From assembly GCA_964035545.1 (NCBI GenBank), contig OZ037765.1, positions 8,380,698 to 8,444,697 of the forward strand: 64,000 bases of DNA, written 5' to 3'. The DNA comes from Bugula neritina (Eukaryota; Animalia; Bryozoa). Positions 39,338 through 50,600 of the stretch are shown here, piece after piece. The notes below the pieces were generated by a model that had not been told where the DNA came from, made no database searches, and worked only from the letters and a program-made list of their open reading frames with translations. The position numbers and the translations under genes were made by a program. Position 1 is the first letter of the stretch. Every line of letters starts with the position of its first letter.

Positions 39338-39660
39338 TTATATTAATTGTGCTAAATGTAAGCTGCATATATTGTATATATATTGCTTTATTCAAAGTAT
39401 ACAAATTTCTTTATTTTCAATAAACTGAAGCGTACAGTATAACACTATGCATGTTACTTGATTTAAAAAAGAAACTGTTTACTATTGATATCCATTCATA
39501 TGTTTGAATATAACAATAATTGTTGAACACTAATAATGCACAACCAGGAACTTTGAACATGTAATGGCTTTCCATAAATCAATAACAATCAATAAAACAT
39601 TTTGCTGAGATTCAGCCTGGTGGATAGCTGGATATGTCCAAATAGAATAGTGTTTCTAAA
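39338..39660 (+). repeat. Direct repeat copy 2, immediately upstream of small TM gene 1
   Basis: See 37744-38086. Confidence 0.92.
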
Positions 39661-39796
39661 CTTGAGAAAACTTTCCATTGAACACAATAGGTCAGTATAT
39701 TTCACCATTAAAATATGTTCTTACTAATACAGTTCGATAATATTATAACACGTTTGGCTGGTTCATTGATTAGTAAGCTTACAGAAAGCAAGAAGC

Positions 39797-40165
39797 ATGG
39801 ATGGTATAAATTTACTAATACTAGCTGGTGCTGGAATTTTAGCATTTATAACGTTGATAGTTTTTATCAAATGTTTTTTTGAAACCATTTACAATTTGGC
39901 TAGGGTTATTTGCTCTTGCAAGCAGTCCAGGTGCTGTCAGAAAAAGGAGAATGCTGATATTGAATACGGAAGCAAGGAAGATTCTGATACTGATGCTGTT
40001 GGAAGTACAGAGACATTTTTGAGTCAGCTTTCTGCCAATGTTCACAGCAGAGGCTATGTTGATATTGCAGTGACGAAGATTGATAAGGACTTACCTCCCC
40101 CTTACTCATCACTGTATAAACAATACATTGAAGTCGCCACAGTACATATAACTAAGCAGAATTGA
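39797..40165 (+). CDS. Small intronless N-terminally anchored membrane protein with PPPY motif, paralogue 1 (122 aa)
   Basis: agcATGg start, hydrophobic LLILAGAGILAFITLIVFI, juxtamembrane CSCKQSRCC, DLPPPYSSLY; conserved paralogue at 42589-42940. Confidence 0.82.
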   Translation: MDGINLLILAGAGILAFITLIVFIKCFFETIYNLARVICSCKQSRCCQKKENADIEYGSKEDSDTDAVGSTETFLSQLSANVHSRGYVDIAVTKIDKDLPPPYSSLYKQYIEVATVHITKQN

Positions 40166-42222
40166 ACATCTGCACGTGTAACGTAAGTTTATTAGAGTAA
40201 GTTAGTGTTTACCTTGTGGAGGAAACACTTGCAGATCATTCAAGGTGCATGAAATGAAAACTGCTTAAATACACAATAGACTATAGCCATAATGAGTTCT
40301 AATTTTATCTTATTGTAATTAGAAGGTATGAATTTAAGTTTATTGAAAAAAGCTTTTCTGAAGACTACCAAAGCTCTTTATTTTTTCTAACAGTTTCACA
40401 TATATTTTCTCAAGTTTATATTGTGCTTTTGGTACCTGATATTACAATCATTTAACCTTATCTCCTAATGCTAAATTTGATAATTATTACTAGTTTGATT
40501 GTGCTTTGGGTAAGGGGATATTAAAACAACCCCAGGAGTGGGGGTACTAGCTCTGTAAGAAAAATTATAATAGAGTTATGGCATAGCATCAACAGACTCA
40601 GAGCATTTTCAGTACCGACCAACTAAAATGGTAGAAGCATTAGCTTCGATAGTGACACCAACTCTCTGTAACTTAGCTCAACATAATATTCAAATGATTA
40701 GTAGTATGGAGTAATAAGGTCTTGGCCTTTTATTGCCTGAACAGTAATACAACTATCGTTCAGAACAATTCAGTGGAACCTCCATCTTTAAAATATTATG
40801 TATTATTCTCTTTTTATGAATAAGGATAAATATTAAAAAGAAAATAGCATGTCAGTAGCAGGGCTTAAACTCTTAATGCAGCCCTGATTGATTAATTAAC
40901 CCCACAATAGTACTTTTCACTATATAGCACGTAGCTATAGAAAAATATTTTAGACAATTAGCAATTATTAAAACAACTGAGGCCAAGAAATACACTGTTT
41001 ATATGTCATACTTGTCTTTATGCACACATGCATATTTCTTATAAAACTTTGAAGATAAACTGCAAATTTACGAGAGTTACAGAAATTATGGAGCATGCTC
41101 TAAAGTTAAGAAACTCTCAATACTGACTGCAGGTTTTGTAAAGCTTTTATTCTTAAACAATAATTCTGAAGCCTTTCTACAGACACAAACTTTTGAGAAT
41201 TATATAAAACATACTCTAGAAAATAAAACATAACATTTTAAAATTAAATTAAACTTTATATTTATCACAAAGATGCCTATTGCCTAATTTAATTAACAAT
41301 TTGCTACTAGAACAGAAAACCATATAATGATGTAAATATAAAATAAATAAGGTTTCACGCTAGTAAAACATTCCCAAGTTACGCTGTCACTTTACATTAG
41401 TTACTGTACTAAATGTGATCAATGTGTAAAACATGAAAAAGGCCTAATATGATGCATTATTTTACGAGACCTTGAAATAACCTAGAAGCAATATTTGTTG
41501 TAGAGCAAATTTTACTGCTTTGTGAAATAATGGGTAAAATACAATTCATACAATTTCTTTTTCAGATAGTGACCATGATTCCTTGTACACAAGATATATG
41601 AAAATCACAGTACGTAAACAGACGATCAATATAGCGTTCTTAAGGAAAGGCTGCTAAGGAACAAACTTATAGAGCTGATGTTGCAATTAGATCTACACAT
41701 AAATTCTACATAGTGTCATTGCAGATGTATATGAAGATTAATTTACTTTATTTTGAGCTGCTTCATGTCTAAAGTCATGAAAATATTACCTCTGTATGCA
41801 TAATTATATACATAGGAAATTTGTATATTATAAGTTCATTCATGTATAATATATTATGCATAGCATAATATTATTAACTTGAAAAATATAGCTAATGCAT
41901 TCATATTTATCATAGACATTATATTATAGCAATAGAGTATCATATATCAGTCGCATTATAATTTTTATAAATTCACCATGACATATTGAGGTCGTAACTA
42001 GCTTTTGTGTCAAATAATGATATGCTAATAAGTATTTTTTGTTGTTGAAGAAACAGTATCAATGCAACTACACCCAGTTTTGTTTGTATATCTGTTGCAG
42101 CTGTAAACGAGCCAAGTACAGGATTTACTTGAGCTCTGTTGGTCCAGCTTCATTTGAGCAATAAAAATAAAGAAAGTTTCATCATTGCTAAAAGTGAAAA
42201 CTGTTGTTTTTAAACCTTTTTT

Positions 42223-43952
42223 TACAAATAATTGTATATGGCAAATTCAAACATTTACTAATTGTAGAGTAAATTGAAGCATTATTTATAGCCTATATTG
42301 TTAGTGTACTCCATATTGAACATTTTTGAATACTGTAAAGTGTAAAACAATATGGGAAATTTTGAGCATGTAACTATTTTCCATAGAACAATAAATCAAC
42401 AAAGTATTTTGTTGAAGTTAAGTCTTGTGGAACACTGGAACTTGCGAAAACTTTCCATTGAACACAATAGGTCTATGTTCTATTTATTTCACCATTCAGC
42501 TATGCACTTAGCAATGCATATACTATACATAAGTTGAATAATATCATGAGACATGTGGCTGATTAGTATACCTATAAAAAAAAGAAACATGGGTATAGTA
42601 ATTATACTATTACTATATGGTCTTGCCTTTTTGCACAATTATAACTTTAACAATTTGTGCTAAGGCTTGTTTTGAATACATGTACGTCTCAAAGAAAGCT
42701 GGTTTGTGCCGTCAGGAAAAGGAAAATGCCGATACTAAATACGGAAGCGAGAAAGATTCTCAAGCTAAAGCTGCTGAAAGTACAGAGACATGTTTGAGTC
42801 AACTTTCTGCCAATGTTCATAGCAGAGACTATGTTAATATTATAGTGACGGAGATTGATAAAGACTTACCTCCCCCTTACTCATCACTGTATAGACAATA
42901 CATTGAAGTTGCTACAGTATATATAGCTAAGCAGAATTGAATATCTGCACACGTAGTGTAATTTTATTAGAGTAAGTTAGTTTACACCTTGTAGAAAAAT
43001 AAGTTTCAGTCTACTATACACGAACAAATTCATTAGTTAAAGAGATTTTAGTTATGACAAAAGTGTATCTTACCTTTTAATTTGCATCTTTATTTTGTGT
43101 TCTGCAATTATCGTGCTTTTTTCTTTTGTTGGTGAAATTCTGTTGCAAAATTTTGACATGAAAATTCTTCTAAAGCTTGCTAACTTCTGTATGTTTATTT
43201 ATCATACTAACCCCCCACCCCCTCTAAAAAATATTTTAATAAACACACATTATCTTACCACTAAAAAAGTCATAGTGTGTTGACAGACTATCAAGATAGC
43301 ACTTTCAAAGAAAAGTTGCTAAGGAACAAAGTTGTGGAGCTGATAATGTACTTGCATCTACACATACTTTCTATAATATTATGCAGTTGGATATAAAAAT
43401 TAATTTGCTCTGCTTTGAGTTGTATCATGTTTAAAGTTAACAAATCATTCATGAAAATGATACCTCTGTATATACTTGTATACATAGAAATTTTGTATAT
43501 AAGTATATATATACTTAGCACAAATTGTTAAAGTTATAATTGTGCAAAAAGGCAAGACCATATAGTAATAGCATAATTACTATACCCATGTTTCTTTTTT
43601 TTATAGGTATACTAATCAGCCACATGTCTCATGATATTATTCAACTTATGTAGTATATGCATTGGTAAGTGCATAGCTGAATGGTGAAATAAATAGAACA
43701 TAGACCTATTGTGTTCAATGGAAAGTTTTCGCATATTCCAGTGTTTCACAAGAGTTAACTTCAACAAAATACTTTATTGATTTATTGTTCTATGGAAAAT
43801 AGTTACATGCTCAAAATTTCCATATTGTTTTACACTTTACAGTATTCAAAAATGTTCAATATGGAATACACTAACAATATAGGCTATAAATAATGCTTCA
43901 ATTTACTCTACTATTTGTAAATTTTTGCATTCGCCATATACAATTATTTGTA
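42223..43952. repeat. Long inverted repeat: arms 42223-42664 and 43514-43952 (about 440 bp), spacer about 850 bp
   Basis: The right arm is the reverse complement of the upstream region and first codons of paralogue 2, with only scattered substitutions. Confidence 0.93.
42617..42940 (+). CDS. PPPY small membrane protein paralogue 2 (107 aa from the downstream ATG; possibly a frameshifted pseudogene from ATG 42589)
   Basis: The C-terminal two-thirds align without gaps to paralogue 1 (LSQLSANVHSR, IDKDLPPPYSSLY.QYIEVATV.I.KQN). The ATG homologous to paralogue 1's start is 1 nt out of frame. Confidence 0.65.
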   Translation: MVLPFCTIITLTICAKACFEYMYVSKKAGLCRQEKENADTKYGSEKDSQAKAAESTETCLSQLSANVHSRDYVNIIVTEIDKDLPPPYSSLYRQYIEVATVYIAKQN

Positions 43953-44643
43953 TAGAAATTTGTTCATTCATGAAATATAAATCCTACATAGCATATTATT
44001 AACTTGAGAAAATATAGCTAATGCTACTCAAAAATAAAATAGTCATTATTATAGTTTGTGGTTTGCTTGTCCCAACAGTTAAACTCGGCATGCCAATAAG
44101 AATGCAATTACACACAGCTTTTTTTGTATTTGTTCAAGTTAAATATAGGAATTATTTGCTCTCTGTTGGTCCAGGTTTAGCCTATCGTAATGGAAAGAAG
44201 GGAGGCTTCATTATTGATAAACTGTCAACAGGTACTTTTACGCCATGCTAAACCACGTGACCAATGTAAACATTCTTTGAATTTGACTAATGGTTGAAAA
44301 GCAAAACTCAAGTTTTAATTTATAATTACATACTTTACATAAGTATCTAACAAATGTTGCACCAATTACTAATTTACTGTTTATATTTGAAACATAATAA
44401 TTTTTATTTAGAAATATTTAAAAAAACATAGCCATGGACGGATTTTTGTCAAACACATCATTCTATCAGAATAATTTTAAAAAATAATAGCAATGTATTA
44501 TACATAAAATTGAAAAAAAAATTATTGTAACTGAATTTAAATAAATAATGTGGTTTACAGGATATAAACTGATTGAGCGAACTGTCTGCATATGTTTTGA
44601 GATTTACTTTATAAGATTCTTTACACATAGACTTGCAGATTTA

Positions 44644-47600
44644 CTAGGCTTCTGTTGATTCACCGGTTTCGTTCTTAGAAAGAGAAGCCGTTTCGTTGTC
44701 TTTAACCTGAGCAACTGCAGGCGATGAGCCGCCAGCTGGGGATGGGGTGCCCTTTGGTGATGCTTTTGGGCTGTTTGCCAGTTTCGGAGACTGACCTGTT
44801 GCAGGTGAGTTGAGAGCAGGTGACTGATTGGCTGATGACGATCTACTATTCTTCTTAGAAGAAGTTTTACTTCCTGGTTGAGCCGGAATACTAGACCTAC
44901 TACCGCGTGGTGTGCCCTTCTGTGCCATAGAAGCCTTCCTTCTGGTTGTGGAAAGTGAATCACTGTTTTGCTGATCACTGACACTAACAGGTGTTGACAG
45001 CCGGCTAATCTTTCCATCAGCATTTATACTCTTAAACACACTGGCACGACTTGCCCTGCGACTATTGGCACCAGAGTCTGTAGATTTAGCTGCTTGTATA
45101 TCACTTCTGCCGTGACCGCCATGTCTCGTTAGAGCCAGGCTTGGGGGAAGGGGGGCCGCTTTAGGAGTGAGAGCCTTGTAAGAAAGTTGAGATGGCGGTG
45201 TAGGCATCTTTGTCGTTTGCTGTTGTTTGGAACCAGCGACAGTTGATTGCAGAGCGGTATTTAGTCTAGTCAGATAGTCTGCTGTATCAGCCTCACTCTG
45301 GGCGACTTGAAGGTCTTGTACCTTGGCTGGGTAAATGAGCTGGTGTCTTCTAACATAGTTGTCAGGCACTCCTAGTAATAAGTCATTGAATTTTAATTAT
45401 TTTATATCACGTTAAGCATTTTCTTGTTGGATGAAACAAAAAATTCCAACATATAATTAGTCATCGCATAATTATATACGTAGAGTTAACTCACCTTTGT
45501 CTAGCAATAAGCATGTGTAGGCAACTTCCCATTCTATTGGATCAGTTTTTGTCTTCAGTGGCAAATGTCCAACAAGCTTCAGATGATTCTATTAAATAGC
45601 AAGTGAAACATGAAAGCTTTTCCATAGTTACTCTGATGACTCATAAAAATCTCCTAAATTATTTGCAGAAAAGGCAATAGACATTATGGGCATCATGAGA
45701 AAACTGCTTATAAAAAAACCCATTATTACTAATTTATATTTGTAATGAAAAATCCATCATTAATATTTTACGTATTACTTTATCATTTTAGGAAGCAAAA
45801 AAGAAAGTTCAAATTTTGTTTTACTATTCTGTATCAATGAACTTTTAGGTTTATAGAAAGAAAAAATAAATAGAAATGAAATTGTTTTAAATAAGTCCTA
45901 AACTTTCTAGAGACCACAGAAGTGTCACCTGGCAGTGCCAAGAATTGATGTCAAGGTCATCAAATAAAAAAGAAGATCCAGTTTATTGAAATCGAGATAT
46001 TAGTTCAAGTTGACATACAAATTAGAAATCTTAGCAAAGTCATTTTCAGTCCATAGAATCACATGTCTAGATTTGAAGATTTGCTTTACAACGCAGCAGA
46101 CTCTTTCACACCAGTTGATAAAACAGAGTAGCCTACATGAAACGCTTTCTACTTTTTACAGCTTAATATTTACACATCTTTATCTCTTTTGAAAAACACT
46201 TTTGCAACTATGACTAAATTTAGTTTCATCATTTACCACCATACTTTACACCTACTAGTAAGATTACACAAGCTCTTACTTTGGTAGTGAAGATGGGACA
46301 GTTATAGTAGAAATATTGATCTTTCTCGGACACTTCTCTTTCTTCCTTCCCAACTTCAGTACCTGTTTCTCCAGTTTCAGACTGTTTGGCAGACATCTCC
46401 TGCTCAGTGACTGCCCGTACGCATATTGTCGGCATCTCACTCACGTAGCTGTCAGATTTCACAATAGAGCCCGTGTCATTGTCCCATTCGGCTGCCTGGA
46501 TGTGCAGACCTTCCACATTGAGATCTCCTTCATTCTGCTGGTCCAGGGACAGCGGCTCACAGATAAGACTCACCTAAACATATATACAAATGTTTAAATT
46601 TGTATGCAGAGTTTAATTTTGAATTACATCACTAAATGGAATTAAACGTGTGCACAAATGCGGGTTTACTATTGAAATCAGATAAATTACCAATATTTCA
46701 CGTTCAACCAAACTAGCTATAAGAGACATATTAAAAGGTAAAACACAAAAATCATAAGAAAAAACCACATAATAATTTACAAGAAGACCCAAGTGATACG
46801 AAGCTTATTTATAGGGCATTCTTTGAATATAATCTAAATGGACAAAACTCAAATACTAATTGCAGTTTAGACAGCAACTTAAAGTTTGAATAAGTTTATT
46901 TGAAACAAGTTATGTAGTACAGTGGCAGTGCATAAGTAGATCATAACACTAAAAGTACTAGATATATGCATAGAGATTGATATGGCATTAGAAAAGTGCT
47001 ATTATTTGTAATTCAAGATCACAGTGGTCCCATTACAGAATATACTTGCCTGATCTATCAGGACACCTCCTAGGATTGCCTTCTCATGACGCAGTGCTGT
47101 AAGTAAGCCGAGAGGGTTAAAGAGCCCACCCAGCCAAACAGACTTTAGTCTACCATGGAACTGATAGTTGTCATCTATTACTAGTTTCCCTTGTTGAATG
47201 CGAGGTTTAGGCACCATTCCACTTTTGTTCCACGCCCTCATTTGAGCATGACGTTTGTTCAGGTCTATGAAAGAAAGAGAATCATTGAGCTTAGATGATT
47301 CCAAAACACCAGACAAAAAGATAGACAATACAACAAGCCATAAATTTTAGCTGCATAAAAATGCTAGCTAAAATGTCATTGCTTCACAATTAGGACTCTA
47401 TCTTTACAAAACATTCCTTACATTATTTCGAGAAATAGAGTGAAAGGGAGGAAAAATACCTTCCAGCCAAGAGAACAAGGTATGAGTGCTGGGTTGCAGA
47501 TCTGGATGGTTCCACGAGAGAGGAACGTTCTCCTGCGCGAGAGTTTTGATGGCAGACAGATGGCGCATGGGAAGACCATCAGCTCCGGATATGATGGTCT

Positions 47601-50600
47601 CCGTGATGTCATATAACATTTGTCTAATGTGGCATAACAGTGCATTCATGTAGAAACATTCCTACAATGCAAACAGCACATCAGTAGAGACTCAACTCAT
47701 TTGATAACATACAAGGGCTAGATAAATACAGGTTTATGCTGAGCTAAATAAATTAACTAATAACTAAAGAATGACTCAGATTTAGTCTTTATGAAATTAG
47801 CAAAAGTAATCTATTCAAAAATGGTAAAACTATTTGTATAGCTAATTTTACATAAATTATAAAACTATAGCAACTTAAAACATATAAAATATTCAAAACA
47901 CCTCAAAAACTAGAATTAGCATAGTTACTAATACAAATATACAGAAACGAAAACTTTGCTGGCTACTAACAAGAAGCTGGACCATTAAGTGACATCATTA
48001 TTACAACAATAGAGGTACTCTTGAAATATCCGCTGTTACTACATCAATAAACTGCACCGTCATGACAGGTGGTACCTCATAGATTACAAACCATACTACT
48101 GTATATTCCACACTGATATCAGCTGAGTTGTAATGTTTTACACACTTAACTTACATATATCTATGTACAATATCAATGGAGTGCGTAACAGTAGTGGTGC
48201 AAGCACTACTAAATGGCATAAATAAGCGAGTCAAATGAAACTTCCAAGAATAGCTGCATTTTCCACGTAACACAGTATTGGGTTAAGCTCTAACCTGAAG
48301 TAAAATGTGTCCAATAGATTCGGGCATGAGACCTTTAGCAGTGCTAGTATCACTGTATGCACTAGGGGGATGATATGGGAAATTGTACTGTGAGCTAGCA
48401 GACACTGTTGCTAGGTTACCCAACTCAATCATGGGTGGCAACCTTTCCAAACAGTTCAGGCAAATCATATTGAGTTGAGACACATTCACTGAAAGATCAG
48501 TGCTGCCAACTTCTGCAGGCAAGACAGCTGTTTCTATGCAGTCAGCATTTTGAGCTTCTGCCAGCTTGTCTAATTCTTCCAAAAACTTGACAGATCTAAA
48601 ATTTCAAGAATTTCCTCGAATAAATTTATGAGTTATCTAACTCGTGTGTTTAAGAATAAATCATTTTTAACAAATTTCATTCAGATATCAATATTTCACT
48701 GTGCAGATAACTGAGTGAGTTGTACTGCCAGTTGCCAGTGAGTAACTCTCAATCACATAAACAACTACTATACCTGTAACGGTCATGTTGTTTTTGTGCT
48801 CCGGTATGAAGTCCAATAGCAGAAATGGTGGACAACTCCGCAGATGATTGTTTCTCTTCAAACCACTTATAGTAGTCTACAGGCTCTACAAATTATTAGC
48901 AATATATTTTCAAACAGATATCACAAGTTCAAAATGAGAAAAATAAACTTAATAGGAAAAACCAGAATTACTCTAAACCAATGATTGGTGAGGAAGGAAG
49001 ACTCCATGCTTTCCATGTAGTTTCCATTCTAGCAATATAAAACTAGCTCAGTAGTAGTAGTAGCACAGAAATCATGTCGACTGCTTGGGTAATAGCATTA
49101 GTGGTTGTTCTCGTAGCAACCATTATTTTAGTTGGCGTTTATAACATATCGAGAAATATTTTGAAGGGGTGTGGCCCAGTGCTAGAAAGGGAAGAGCAAA
49201 CCACTCAAGTACGATTCACACCAACAAATCAAAGAAAGCCTCGAAACGAAGACAGTGAAGCCCAATTACTTCCCGAGCACGGCAATGTTTTAGCACAATC
49301 TAAGACAGAAATAAACTTAGAGCAGGAAAACTTGAGAGAAAATTTTCCTACTCCATCTCTGACTGACAAGATCTCATTGCTCACACTACTGCCATATGAC
49401 AAGCTAAAAATAACCTCACAGTTACCAGCACCATCTCAACTACCAGCACCAGTCGCTGTCCATTCTTTTTGATAAATGTCTCTCTACTAACTTTCAAGTA
49501 AGTTAGCTGCACATACCTTTAGTACTTTTATAAAACACTTGATTCAACTTAGTGACCTTAAACCTAGCAACTGCTTTAATATTTCAAGTACAACATACCA
49601 AACTTTGCACAGAAATGTGATGTGGTCTACTGGGTAGGATGTTGTGAGTGAGTACGAGGAGAGCAAACTGCTATTGTACAACAGTTGATCTAATACTTGG
49701 ATACTACACAAGAGTCTATCTAACACTTGGAAGACTATATAACACTTCGTTTAACACTTGGAAGGTACTTAGGCCAGAGAGCATCATAATTTTGGCAATA
49801 TAACAAAGATAATCTCTCTAACATACTACATATAAAATTTCAGATAGTTTTGTAAACTAATGCCTTGCCTACTTTATAAGTTGTAAGTACTGGTGGAACA
49901 ATAAGTTGTTCAGCCATTGCTGTGAGTAAAAGGTTCATGCCATGCATTTTGTGTACAATTTTAAACCTCATTAGCTATTTATTACCATAATAAGTTTGTT
50001 TTATTCTTATTAAATTAGAATTATGTTTATAGGCATATATTAAGTGAGATATTGTATGTATAAGTGTAAAATATAATTTCTTTTAAGAATTAAAAATTGA
50101 AAGTTATTAAGCTTCGTAAAGTAAATTTTATTTTATAGTGAAACACTGTGTAATTAAACTTTTTCGTCATTGGATTTTATGATAATTCGTTTAATGGCAG
50201 TAAAGCTGGTTTTTTATGAATTGAAAAATTTCCCCATTGCTAATTTCACTAACATTCTTGGCTCTATCAACTGATAAACACTTTATATTGGTGTCAACTA
50301 CAAAATAAGCTGAAGGTAACTTTTGATATATTATATGCATTTTGACTAGCATTTCCTGTATAACACACTATCAGTGCTACAACCAGGAAAACATGTACTC
50401 ACTTGAGTTATGTTCAACACAAAGTTCGTGAGATTACACACTATCGCTTTTATCAACTGAATACACACCCTCCCCCCACCTATACTAAGAACTAAATATT
50501 ATAATAAAACTATCTTCCAATTTTTTTTTATAGTTGTTTCAAAGTAACAAACTATCTTAACCTAGTTTATTCTCAGTTTATCCACTGAAGTATCAACATC

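Larger units (their letters stand above)
41640..44225 (+). repeat. Older diverged direct repeat: about 41640-42200 versus about 43305-43505 plus 43955-44225
   Basis: Shared collinear blocks tgctaaggaacaaa, atctacacata, catgaaaat..tacctctgtat, gttcattcatg, atattattaacttga, aatatagctaatgc, ctctgttggtccag; the second copy is interrupted by the inverted arm. Confidence 0.75.

Noticed and set aside
44021-44251. 76-aa hydrophobic ORF as a further small TM gene
   Set aside because: Lies in the diverged non-coding repeat and shows none of the family motifs.
44604-45023. 139-aa alternative-frame ORF over the dynein last exon
   Set aside because: Shadow frame of a relatively GC-rich exon; the splice phase selects the 44644 frame.
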